From the NCBI RefSeq assembly GCF_009834535.1, contig NC_045707.1:51524001-51588000 (forward strand): 64,000 nucleotides of DNA, in the 5' to 3' direction. This DNA comes from Camelus ferus (taxonomy: Eukaryota). The position numbers and the translations under genes are program-made. Below are positions 11,747-23,519 of this stretch, piece after piece; position 1 is the first letter of the stretch; each line of letters starts with the position of its first letter. Below the pieces are notes generated by a model. The model was given only the letters and a program-made list of their open reading frames with translations, searched no databases and had not been told where the DNA came from.

Positions 11747-11764
11747 AATTTGCCAGTTATGCAA
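11747..11764 (-). promoter_or_regulatory. Degenerate primer-binding site, tRNA-Ser-like
   Basis: Two nt after the 5' LTR end, the minus strand reads TTGCATAACTGGCAAATT versus the tRNA-Ser PBS TGGCGTAGTCGGCAGGAT. 10/18 identical; most differences are transitions, including both CpGs. Confidence 0.6.
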
Positions 11765-11766
11765 AC

Positions 11767-12436
11767 TGTTTGGTTTTAGGGCAAATTGTGCTCAGAGACT
11801 GAGATTATCAGGAATTATAATAATTTCAAAAGCCAACAGCATAATGTCTCTTAATAAACCAATAAAGAACATAATCCAAATCAATGGATTGGTTAGTTAC
11901 ACTATTGTTACAGGCAAGAAGGGATATAAGGAATAAAATCCAAATTTAGTTGAGATGTACCTTTCTACCAACTGATTCTTGGGAGAGTTGACTTAGCCAA
12001 CCAATAGCTGACAGTCTAGTTGTAAAGCAAAGGAGAAAGTCCCTTGTTGCTAGAGCACATTGCTAGGAAACAAAACATGGGGGTTGACTAGCAAGATGGT
12101 CTTCTTGGGGCCACTGCATGGTTTTCACAACTGCTAGTAAAAGCTAAGCTTTTTCCTTGGCAGAAGCTATTGTCCCAAGGTCTTTGTAGAGCTGTTTAGA
12201 ACAGTGAAGAGTTGCTTTGTCTAGATGGACCACTCCCAGATAGTTCTCACCAACTCGGTGTTTATATCTAGATGTCTCCTCCCCACAGTTAATTTCTCCA
12301 TGTGTTCTTATTGAAAAGTCCCCAGTGTCTGACATGAGAATTTCAATTCCATGTCCAAATGACTTTGCTTATAAAAACAATTTCATTTTTGTCATAAACA
12401 AGTAGTTTTGAAATCATATCAAACCACTACATAACA
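11767..12436 (-). repeat. 5' LTR of the provirus (~670 bp)
   Basis: Minus strand begins TGTTATGTAG and ends CAAACA. Alignable along its length to 4755-5527. Followed on the minus strand by a PBS-like sequence. Confidence 0.93.
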
Positions 12437-12679
12437 AAACTCAAGAATAAACTGGATGTGTGGGTTGTCCAAGGTTAGATTGCCCAAGTCAGGTATAGAA
12501 ACCTAAATCTAGGTGACTTGAGGGCCAGTTCCATGTTCTTCTGGGTACACCACCCTCACCACCCCATATTGTGTGAAAAGCTCTGAGAACTGAAGTTCAG
12601 AAAACTGCACAAAGTGAAGTAGGACAAAAGTCAAATAAATCAGAAAACATACAAGAATACAAATGGACATTATATAAAT

Positions 12680-12899
12680 CAGTGGTTCTCAACTGGGAAC
12701 AATTTTGCCCGTCAGGGGATATTTGGCAATTCCTAGAGATATTTTTTGATTGTCACAATTTGAGGAGTAGGTATAATACTGGAATCTAGTGAGCAGATGT
12801 TAGGGACATTTCTAAATACCCTAAACTACAGAAGACAACCTGCACAACAAAGAATAATCTGACACAGAATGTCAGTAGTTCATCAGTCAAGAAACACTG
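12680..12899 (+). mobile_element. MER20 hAT-Charlie DNA transposon
   Basis: cagtggttctcaac ... aagaaacactg termini, MER20-like interior, and a degenerate 8-bp TSD (atataaat/aaataaat). Confidence 0.85.
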
Positions 12900-13594
12900 A
12901 AATAAATGTTTAAAATTCTAATAATTGCAGAGAGAGAGAGAAAGAGAGAGAATGAGAAAGAGGAAGAGGCAGGTAATAAAAACTAAGGAAAACAGAGTGA
13001 AAACAACATGAAAATGCAAATATAAATGTCAGAAATAGAAAAGGTGGAAAATGCATAGCAAACAAGATGCTACCCAGTTTTATACATGTATATGAATAAT
13101 TCCCTGGGGAAAACAGATGTCTTCACCTATTTCCAAATAAACTCATTTTTCTGATGGAGGATGAAGAATATTTTATCTAGATAAGCAATGCTTTCTTTAC
13201 TGGATAGCTATGAGCAAAAATGTTATTAAATGATTTTACTGGAGGAAAAGTGGAACTCTAAAACGATACCTTTTATGTCAAACTTTGCCTCATAGAGAGG
13301 ATTTGCACAGAGGTATGGTGTGTTCTTCTGAACTCTAATTTATACAGGGAGTGTTGTCATGCCTTAACCATCAGGGTTCTTTGCTGTTCAGAGATAAGAA
13401 GGTTCTATTTTTCATTTCTGTGTGGTGTTTGTATCTAGGTTTTGAATAATTTATTTTATTTCTTTGAGGAGAAGTAAACATGTTTTCAAGTTCAGCTTCA
13501 CATCATCTGTGACTGCATGCATTTCAAAAGAGTTCTTAAAGTTTTCCCCAAACTATAAAAATCAGACTCAAAGAGATCCATTTAAGCAATAATA

Positions 13595-13810
13595 ATTATT
13601 ATTATGTGGTACTAAGTGATTGTAAGGTCCAGGAACCATTCGGGGTGCTTTGCATGATTTATTTTGTAATCCTCACATATAATGTAGATATTGTTAGTAT
13701 TATATCTACTTGATACATAAAGAAATTGAGGCACACTTAACTTTGGTAGAGGTTAGAAACTGGATTCAAATTGACATCTGTTGCCAAAGCCTTCATTCGT
13801 AATCACTGTG
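13595..13810 (-). mobile_element. MIR SINE
   Basis: ...gtgctttgcatg...atcctcac...tacataaagaaattgaggcac...ggattcaaa... is MIR core-like. Confidence 0.6.
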
Positions 13811-14169
13811 ATATATTTTATTTGCCAATTTTGTCTGATTTCTGAGCAATTATTATTGTTTTTTAATGTGAAATTTCAGGAGATCTCAATAGGTTTTTTT
13901 TTAATTTTATGAATGGAAGCTTACTTTAAATCATGTTCAAAGTTCAAAAATATGTTTTAAAATGTTTCTTTGCAAAATATGTGATAGAAATTTCCTATTA
14001 ATTCGTGAATGAAGAGTAGAGTCTGTAGACTGATGTTTGCAGAGATGTTTACCTAAGTAATATCTGCTATCCCATTATGATCCACCAAGAGAAGACAAAT
14101 GTAATGTTAGTGGCACTTAAAAGAAGGACAGTCAGCTAGCATAGGCCCCTTAATGCTTGAAAACCTTGT

Positions 14170-14436
14170 TCCTGTCTTCTACCTGGAATATAGGTTTTAT
14201 GTCTGGAGCCCCAGCATCTCTCTTGGACAATGAGATGACAATGAACATCGCTTACTAAAAATTACAAAACAGAAAAGAAGCCTGGACCTTGCTGATCATG
14301 GGTTAGCTACACCAGCCCTGAATTAAAACCCCTAAAATTTGTTTACATGAGAGAAAAATAAGCTACTTTCTTATTTAAACTATTGCTATTGTAAGGCTTT
14401 GTTCCTGGCAGATGAATCCAAGTCCTGATACTGATG
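14170..14436 (+). mobile_element. Old MaLR LTR fragment (MLT1J/K/L-like)
   Basis: gtctggagc..cagcatct.tcttggacaatgag, aagaagcctggaccttg, gagagaaaaataagctactttcttatttaaactattg. Confidence 0.6.
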
Positions 14437-14607
14437 CTAAAGACAATGACTTTTTACCCTTTGCTTTTAACATTGAATTTTGTTCTTTTTTTTTTTTTAA
14501 TAAAGTGAAAAGGAAACATAAGGTTTACTGAACACGTGCATTTCTCTCCTCTCCCCTTAATTCTTACTGAAATTATAGGAAATTAAGTTAAAATTAAGGA
14601 AAAAGAT

Positions 14608-14673
14608 ATATCTATATCTATATCTATATCTATATCTATATCTTTATACACACACACACACACACATACATAT
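14608..14673. repeat. Compound microsatellite (TATATC)n-(CA)n
   Basis: Directly visible. Confidence 0.95.
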
Positions 14674-15042
14674 ACTGGAAATAAAAAAGACAGTTGTAAG
14701 TGGAGCAGACATTTGTATGGAATTTCAGTAATAAATAAAATCAGCTGAGAAAGTGGACAAGTGGAATGGCAACCCCAAACATTCATGAGAAAGCTATCGC
14801 AGAGGTGGTAGCAGCTTTCCTCAGTGATGCCCTCAAGAAACGCTGAACTTACGATCATCAAATATAGGAAGGGACCACTGGGGGACCTGCAGGGCTAGTA
14901 GAACCTTAGTAATCTGGAGTCATCACTTACTACACATCTGATCTCTCAGTGAAACCTGCCACTGTAGCTGCCAGTTATGTCCAGGTTACAATCAGCCATC
15001 ACCCTCCACTGCTGCTGTCGTCATCTCATCAGAATGAGTATA

Positions 15043-15496
15043 TAGACGTACCTCGGAGACATTGCGGGTTCAGCACCAGACCAGCACAATAAAGCCAATA
15101 TTACAATAAATCGAATCACACACATTTTTTGGTTGCCCAATGCATATAAAAGTTATGTTTGCACTATCCTGTAATCTATTAGTGTGTGCTAGCATTATGT
15201 TTAAAAGATGTGCAAACAGTAATTTAAAAATACTTTATTGCTAAAAATGTTAACCATTATCTGAGCCTTCAGGGAGTCGTAGTAGTAACGTCAAAGATCA
15301 CTGAACACACAGCACTATAACAAAGATAACAATGAAAAAGTTTGAAATACTACCAAAATGTGACACCGAGACATCAAATAAGAAAATGCTGTTGGAAAAA
15401 TGGCACCAATGGACTTTCTCAATGCAAGATTGCCACAAACCTTCAATTTGTAAAAAATGCAACATCTGCAAAGTGCAATAGAATGAGATATGCCTC
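15043..15496 (-). mobile_element. Tigger1 internal-deletion derivative (TcMar DNA transposon)
   Basis: Minus strand begins gaggcatatctcattctattgcactttgcagatgttgcattttttacaaattgaaggtttgtggcaa (Tigger1 5' end). The other end, tacctcggagacattgcgggttcag, is the Tigger1 3' end. About 450 bp, no transposase. Confidence 0.85.
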
Positions 15497-15499
15497 TGC

Positions 15500-16090
15500 T
15501 CGAAATCCTCCAGTGACTTTGCATCTGACTCAGAGTGAAAACCAGCATCCTCCCAGTGGCCCATCAGGCCCTAATAATCTTACCTTCCACTACCCTCTGA
15601 CCTTGTTTCCTACTACTTTCCCTTTGTTTCACTCCACTGCATCCTCATGGGCCCCTTCCTGTTACCTGGATGCACCATGACACTCCCACACTGAGTCTGT
15701 GCAGTGACTGCTCTTTCCCTGCCTGGGTTGTTTTCCCCTCAGGAAGCCACATGGTTTCTTGGCTCACTTCCTTCGATTGTTTCCTTAAAGGTCTCCTTCT
15801 CTGTTAAGGCCTTTCTTAACTACTTTATCTATACCTTCAACACTCCCCAAACTCTCCCTTCCCCTTGGCCCTATTTATTTTTCTTAATATTTACCACCAT
15901 TTAACATACTAGGTATTTATCTTATTTGTCATGTTTAATGCCTGTGTCTTCTCACTAGAATTCAAGATTTCTGAAGGCAGAGAGTATTATACTTTATTTT
16001 ATTTTTATATTTACTGCTGTATCTTGATCCTCTGAAATAGAGCCTGACACATGGTAGGCAACCAATAGGTTCTTTTTATGAATGCAGAAT
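15500..16090 (+). mobile_element. L2 LINE 3' fragment
   Basis: Pyrimidine-rich L2 3' region ending agagcctgacacatggtaggcaaccaatagg...atgaatg. Confidence 0.65.
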
Positions 16091-16157
16091 GAATACTTTT
16101 GGAGTGTTGGGTTAGCTGAAACATTCCCATTCCTCTGCTTATATCAAGAGTCATTAA

Positions 16158-16317
16158 GGGGGGATGATATAGCTCAGTGGTAGAATTACCCTTAGCATGC
16201 ACAAGGTCCTGGGTCAATCCCCAGGACCTCCATCAAAACAAACAAACAAACAAACCTAGTTACTCCCCCCCCCACCAAAAAACAAACAAACAAAAAACCC
16301 AAAACAACAACAAAAAA
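16158..16317 (+). mobile_element. Camelid tRNA-derived SINE (vic-1-like)
   Basis: GGGGGGATGATATAGCTCAGTGGTAGA (A box) ... GGGTCAATCCCC (B box), A-rich/C-run tail, TSD aa(g/a)agtcatt. Confidence 0.85.
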
Positions 16318-18924
16318 GTCATTGACAGTACTCCTTTTCTCCAAAGTCATAGAATCTTCTCTTTAAAAAGGTAAATAATCTGCTTCACTGGGATCTTGGA
16401 AGGGCTTTGGGGTGCACACAAAAACAGAAAGAACTACAGTTTCTTCCACATATCCATAATAGGCATTTGGAGAAACAGAAAATGCAGTTGTACTATAAAG
16501 TGAAATAAATGAAAGCTCTTCATCCCAATATTGAAGTTGCTTTCACACAAAACTTAAATAAAAGGGGTATTTTTAAAGTAATAAAATCAGACTTCAAGCT
16601 TGATGATGTGTGCATATCAAATCATCATGTTGCACACCTTAAATGCATACAATTTTTATCTATAAAACATTTTAACGCTCTAACGATAAAGTTGTGAAGA
16701 ATTTGGATACCAAGTCCTTTGTAACTACGCTCAAACTTAAGGGAAATACCAATTTTAAGGTTGTAACATGAGATGAAAACTTAGTGAGTTTTTATAGCTA
16801 AGAAAAAGAAGTGACCACTATCATCATAGAAAACTGTATCTAAAGTGAAAATAACCACCTCCTCTCAAGAACAGAGTATAGTATGTAACTGTCAGACATG
16901 AATTTATTTTCTGCCTTTTTGAAAAAAGCAGTTATACATTAATATTTACATAGTTTCAAAAACTATTAGCTCTTATAGGCATTGGTATCACTAGTAATCA
17001 GTTTTCAATACTAGAGAATTATGAGAATGAGGGCATTGTTTATTAATACACAGATACCTGTATAGAATCCTTCACCAGAAAGGAATCTAGGAAAGTGAGA
17101 ATTATAGTTTCTGTCTTTTTTACTCATTTCTGACTCCTTGAATCAATACACCTTGTATATAGTTTTATATGGACATATACAAATAAACGTATTCATGTGG
17201 ATGAGAATTTTTTTTTTTGCCTTTTGCCTTTTGCATGAAAGTTACAAACCTCTGAAAATGGGCCTGCCTCAAGCTTCTGTGCACCTTTGACCTTCTGTTT
17301 TCAAACTTTTCTTTTCTAAGGAGGTGACTTTCAACTCCGCTGGTATATTTTTGCTCCTCTGTGATACCTCTTGCTAGTTCCTGAGATTTTGTTCGTATCT
17401 TCTCTTTCAGAGTAAGGTGTTTACTTTTGGAAGGATGCTCAGTTTCTCCCTCAGATTTTGCCTTGACCTCAGGATTACTCATTAACAGCTGTCTTCCCCA
17501 GGGCTGACCTCTATGTCTTGTATCAAGTCAGTAACACTCATCTAAAAAAGCAGGGTCAGATCCAGAAGTCAAGATAAATCAACAGCTGTTTTTTTTTTCC
17601 CCCCAGGGATATTATACTAGGTGCCCTGTTACGTGTAATGTATCTTAAGAAACAAGGTAAAAAATGTAGCTGAACCAGCACCATGAAAAATCAGAAATTA
17701 TTAGCTGTTTAAATATTTAAATATTAGCTCCAGTAATGAAAGCTCACTTCCTTTGTCTACAAATGATTTATAGTAGAGATTTGTTATTAAATGAAAGAAA
17801 TAAGTAGTTAATTTAAGAAAGGGGCTTTAGTAGTAGACTGTCAGGCAAATCGGGAAGGTGGGGACATGGATAGGGGAAGGCATACAGAAGTCAGTCAAAT
17901 GGGACGCAGTGCTCTGTGCAGACAGAACAATTTGTAAATACAGAGAGTTACAAGTATTTAATATTAGGTTCTTAGCCTTGCTTGATACGGCATAATACTA
18001 TTATTCCTACATCTTCAGAAATGGTCTTTGATACAAAATTGCCTTGTGTTTGCATTGTTTAGAAAACTAGTGGAAGGGAGCTTCCTTAGTTGGATAATAA
18101 AAGCAGAGAAACAAGACCAATGACAGAAGGGAAGAGAGGTTTGAGTGAGACTGAGAATTGCCAGAAGAAGAAGGTTAGATGAAAAATTGAATAGAGATAA
18201 TAGCAAAGTTTGGAAATGAAAAATTATATTTCCAACTCTCTGTGCAATGGTGGAATGAGTCACTCTGTTATATTATTAGAGAATAAACCATGAAGATCCT
18301 GTGAACATTTCATTACAAAAGTTTTAGTCCAATTTTTCTTTCAAAAAAATTTGTGCATCTGGAATTTAGCCACAAAAGTTTTTTTGTTTTTGTTTTTAAC
18401 AACAAAAGAGAATATTGGAAATTTTGAGTCAAGTTGGCTAACAAAGCACATGAGAAAATTTCTTCTAATTTCCTAAATAACTAGAAATGATTAAAAAAAG
18501 ATAATAAAAATGAATGAGGAAGGAAGAAGAAAACAAGGAGAAAAGAATAACACACTGAAACTTCCTCCGCCCCCCAAAAAAGTGACATCAGGAGCAAAGT
18601 ATTTGGGAAAACCTTCCATGAAGGAAAGAAGATTAACATAAGGAAGAGAAGATCATAGAAGAGGAATTGCCACCAAAAATTAGAGAAATAGAGGTAGGAG
18701 CGATTTTGTGGGTGATTGGTTGAGAAATTGCACTGGAAGTGGTGGGGCTGATTGGGTCTTACATTATTCCCATCCCCATTCTTGTACTGCAGTAGTTAGG
18801 AGAGTCATTTGTCCAAAGAAGAAAGCAACGAGGTTGGTATGAAATGTGGCCGTGTCGTCTAAGTGATGCTGATATCTTCCCTTCTCGAACCAGAAGACGA
18901 GCTAATGACACACAGAGACGGGAA

Positions 18925-19448
18925 TTCAAATTCTCAGTGAATCATTTTGTGGCTATGGACAAGCTGATTCTAAAGTTTATATAAAGAGGCTAAAGATCCA
19001 GAATAACCAACAGAATGTTGAAGGAGACAGAGTTAGAAGGCTAACACTACTCAACTTTGACTTACTATAAACTACCATGTATCAAGACAGTATGGTATTG
19101 GCAAAATAAGAGACAAATTGATCAATGGAACAGAAAATAGAGAGGCCAGAAATAGATTCCCATGAATATAGTCAACTGATCTTTGACAAAGAAGTGAAGT
19201 CAATATAATGGAGCAAAGATAATCTTTTTAACAAATAGTGCTGGAACCAATAGACATCTACATACAAAAAAAAAAAAGAAGAATCTAGACCCAAACCTTA
19301 CACCATTCACAAAAATTAATTCAAAATCGATCACAGGCCTAAATGTAAAATGCAAAACCACAAAACTCCTAGAATATAACGTAGTTTGGGGCGGGGAGTA
19401 CATGGGGAATCTTTATCTTCCCCTCAATTTTACTGTGAGCCTAAAACT
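18925..19448 (+). mobile_element. Old L1 (L1M) ORF2 3' fragment plus 3' end
   Basis: ttactataaactacc..atcaagacagtatggtattggcaaaa..agacaaattgatcaatggaacagaa, and a 3' end cctaaaactgctctataaaataaag. Confidence 0.85.
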
Positions 19449-21292
19449 GCTCTATAAAATAAAGTTTTAATCAAAGGAAAATAGAAATGTTTTGGTCCTT
19501 TGTCAGATGAACATATATGGGAATGAGATAAAAATAAACATCAAATCCCTGGCTTGTATTTCTAAGGAAATTGGCGTATAAAACAGAGGGAAAATGAGAA
19601 TCAGAGAAATAGTGGGTTTGGTTTAGGTGTAATGAGTTCAGGAATCTCTATGCCATCCAGGTATGATTTCTACAGCTAGGAAGTGAGCCATTTGAGCAGC
19701 TTCAGTTTAAGATTGCCTCAGATATACAGGTTTTGGTTTTAGAGTTCTGGGCATTTTACTGTAACATAATTGGCCATAGGAAGAGGCCAAAGTGGATAGA
19801 GGAAGAGAATTCTTACTTGAGACTTTTAGTTTAAATGTTTTAACTGCTTAGCTGTAATATTGATATATCATTACAACTAAAAAGCCTGATTTATGTATTA
19901 AGTTACTTAAAAGATTATTCTCTCTTATTGTTAAAATTGGGGTAGGAGGTTTTTTTTTTTTTTTTTTGAATAGCTGAAAATAATGACTGCATTCCTGTGA
20001 GAAGCAATTCTTTACCAACAATAAAGTTTTTCTACTAAATTAAAGTTTCTATGATTTTAATATTTTAGTTGATCCTCTTTCAATCTGAGGAATAAAAGTG
20101 CACAAGTGGAGATCTGGAAAACATAGGTCCAGTCTATTCCTTGGAGTTTCTTTAACTACCAAGCTGACTGAATAGAACTGTATATTTGTATTTGAGATGT
20201 GGATTACTCTTCACTAGAGGTTAGTGCTTAAAATGTGGACTTGAAAAGGTCAGAACTTTTATCCATTAAGCCATCAAGCTTTTTTCTGTAATAAGAGTAG
20301 ATGAAAGGTTTTAACTTGAATCACAAATGTAAAGTTCAGCGAATGATCATATCTCAAATTGAAAGAACAAGGCAAAACAGCTTTGTCATTCCATGTGTTG
20401 GAATCCAGTGGTCTAAATGTCAGTACGGAATGACAATATCAAATCTTGGATCATATCACCAAAAGCCAGAAGATAGGGCAATTTTCAGATTTATCAGCTC
20501 AAATTACATTTATAAATAGAATACATAGTTTGAGCCCTACTTATCTAATACTAGCATGAGTTTAGACTTTATAAGAACATGCTTATTTCTAATTATATGC
20601 TAATAAATTTGATTCTCCATTTAAAACTCAACTATTGTTACTGCTGTGGTATAATATGCCACACACTGAAGAAACTAAGGAAGTGTTTACCTACTACATA
20701 AGCAGACTTTAATTGCATGCCTAGTACAATAAAACGAAGACAGATTTGGTTTAATTTTCTTCTGAAATATTATTGTATGTGATACTTATAGTTTGCACTG
20801 ACGTATTTATAGCTCTTTTATTAAATTGTAACATCCAAATATTTTCTAAAACATTACCAAGCTATCGTGTTCATGATTTTTTTTTTTCCAGAGTGACAAA
20901 CACTGGCTTCTTTTTATTGTATTTTTTCTTTTTTAGTACTGTTTTATTAAATTTAATGTATTTATACAACAAAAGGAGAAAAAATGAAACTAGGAAGTTT
21001 TTCTGAAACACTTTCTCCCACATATTGGGAAATAATTCATATTTTCTCATAAAGAACAATGACTTTTCATAGTATTCTGACTTGAGGAAATAGAGATTTC
21101 TCATAAGTCATAGCAAATAAAACCACAAAACTGAACAAAGAAACTCTTATTTCTCTTATCCAATGAAATGATCTAATTAGCAAACACATTCTCTGCCATG
21201 GAATCCAGCATACTTGAAAGTGTAAATCACCATGTGTATGGTTTACCTTGGGTGCTAATTTTTTAAAGAAAGGTATATGAGGATTTGGTGTT

Positions 21293-21569
21293 TGTTATAG
21301 GTTGGATTGTGTTCCACACAAAGATAGTTTCAAGCCCTAATCTCTGTACCTGTGAATATGACCTTATTTGGAAATCGGATCTTTGCAGATGTAATAAAGT
21401 TAAGATGAGGTCAGTAGGATGGGCCCTTAATCCAGTACAACTCATGTCCTTACAAGAAGATGGAAATTTGGGTAAAGCCACACAGAAGGGATGGTCATAT
21501 GTAGATGAAGGCAGAGATTTGGAGGTATGCTGCCAAAGAGAAGGCACCCCTGGTCCTACTAAAAACTGA
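21293..21569 (+). mobile_element. MLT1 (MLT1C/D-like) MaLR LTR, 5' half only
   Basis: tgttataggttggattgtgttcc...tgtgaatatgaccttatttggaaatcggatctttgcagatgtaat. Confidence 0.85.
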
Positions 21570-22140
21570 CCAGTTTTTCAGTGACCTTAATTCTCCTTCA
21601 GTTTTTATTCCTACGCATTAATAGACTAATTTTACTGAAATTGCTTTTATTAAAATTAATCCCTTTTTAAGTGTCAGATCAGTTTATTGGATATAATCAA
21701 AAGGCAACTTTGGTTTTATCTTGCACTGTAAGATTCTTCTTAGATCTTGAATGCAAATGTGAGCTGGCTCAATGAATTTTCAGTTCAGTTTGAGGAACTA
21801 GAATGTCCAGACAGAGCTGTGGTTATTGTAGTTCACAATACCAACTCAGTTCAGGAATCACAGTAAATCATTCCCAACGATACAAAATTTCCAAGCTCCA
21901 TTTAGCAATGTATCTCTTCTACAGTTTGATAGTCAGAGAGGAGGGTATAGGCATGGTAATTCTCTTTTCCCATTCTTCTCTCAGCAAACTGTGTAATTCA
22001 TTCTTTTGTTATCTTCTTGGTTGGAATTTAGGAAGGGAACAGGAGTAAGGGAAACATAAATTATCTTAACTGAATTAGCACTTTCATAAATTGTGCTCAC
22101 CCTCTCTGGGTCTGGCAGATGTTAAAATTTGACACTGCAT

Positions 22141-22507
22141 TTTTTTTAAAATTTTTTTATTGAGTTATAGTCATTTTACAATGTTGTGTCAAATTCCAGT
22201 GTAGAGCACAATTTTTCAGTCATACATGAACATACATATATTCATTGTCACATTTTTTTCGCTGTGAGCTACCACAAGATCTTGTATATATTTCCTTGTG
22301 CTGTACAGTATAATCTTGTTTATCTATTCTACATATGCCTGTCAGTATCTACAAATTTTGAACTCCCAATTTATCCCTTCCCATCCCCCTCCCCCTTGGC
22401 AACCACAAGTTTGTATTCTATGTCTGTGAGTCTGTTTCTGTTTTGTATTTATGTTCTTTTTTTTTTTTTTTTTGAAGTAAGCCAGAAAGAGAAAGAAAAA
22501 TACCGTA
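22141..22507 (-). mobile_element. Young camelid L1 3' end with short 5' inversion
   Basis: Poly(T) plus camelid-type L1 3'UTR, an inverted 34-nt piece at 22474-22507, and TSD tgacactgcat at 22130-22140 and 22508-22518. Confidence 0.9.
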
Positions 22508-23519
22508 TGACACTGCATCTTGAGGAGCACTTTTATTGGCTCCTCGTAAACCCTCAACATTGTCAATCAGTTTCATTTCTCTCTGCAAGATCTATCACAG
22601 CAGAGGTAAACCTCCAGATTCGTTTCTGTTTTTGTGCTTGTTTTGTCCTAGTGAGCATGGTCTAAGATGACCATCTCACCATTTATTTCTATCTGATATA
22701 ACTCCCATCTTGTTCATGACGATAGTCATGCATTCCTTGCCCCAGTTATCTCTGGAAGTGAAAGCTAATTTTAAAGTAACAGGAGCTTACCTTTAGTGTG
22801 TTTCTAAAGTAGTTTGCAATCCCACCTCTGCTGCCTTCCAGAGTCTTTAGCCAGGACTGAGATTCCAGTCTACTTCTTCCCTCAGTTGAAAGTAGCACAC
22901 ATTAGGATCAGAGTAGACCACTTGAAACTCAGTCCTACTATGCCTGAAGTGGAAGTACCCCATATTTTTACCATAGAGATGATGATAGTGAGACTAACAA
23001 CTTTATCCAAAGGCATTCTTATGAAAAAATTCTCATTTCTAAAATTTTTCTTCTTTTCCTACACTAACTCCTTTGTCTATTCCTTATTTGGATGAGAGTT
23101 CAAAGAATTAAAAATTTTTCCAAATTATCAAAAATTTCACTTGTATATCCTGCATTCTGAAAATCCTGAAATTTATATTGATATATCCCCAAATATTTCC
23201 ACTTTAACATCTTCCCTCATCTGCATCAACTCTTGTCTTAGATAAAGTAACACTAGTTGTTACAACATTTGCTTGTGTTAACAAAAGAGAATTTTATATT
23301 TTCACTCGCAGAGTCTAAGATATTACATGAGTAGTTGGATTTGGATAGAAAGAGGAAAATACAAACATTCTTATTAGTGTCACAAGTCTCATCTGGGTTC
23401 TATGTGATTTGGCTAGTCAGTTCAACCTTCCACTCACAAAGAAATAGTTTATATTTTCTTTTTTTAAACCTTTCATATGCCTTCTCCTAACTGTTCTCAT
23501 ATTCTTATTTCCCGCAGAA

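Larger units (their letters stand above)
4755..12436 (-). mobile_element. Full-length degenerate class III (spuma-related, ERV-S/ERV-L-like) endogenous retrovirus provirus: LTR-gag-pro-pol-env-like-LTR
   Basis: Two homologous LTRs (4755-5527, 11767-12436) and a perfect 5-bp TSD AAACT at 4750-4754 and 12437-12441. Minus-strand translations give, in order, gag, protease, RT, RNase H and IN motifs, then a TM-containing ORF. All frames are interrupted by stops and frameshifts. Confidence 0.95.

Noticed and set aside
4755..12436. Endogenous foamy virus
   Set aside because: RT has YIDD and ERV-S/L-type motifs, the PBS is Ser-like rather than Lys1,2, the env region is far too short, and there is no room for tas/bet.
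16158..16235. tRNA gene
   Set aside because: Has an A-rich tail and TSD, a second diverged copy at 40135-40261, and no intact cloverleaf. It is a SINE.
17165..17482. 105-aa minus-strand ORF as a host exon
   Set aside because: No recognisable domain or convincing splice pair. The purine-rich sequence resembles an ancient LTR remnant.
20290..20420. Minus-strand peptide AVLPCSFN resembling an Ig V-set strand B
   Set aside because: No downstream Trp or DxGxYxC motif; probably chance.
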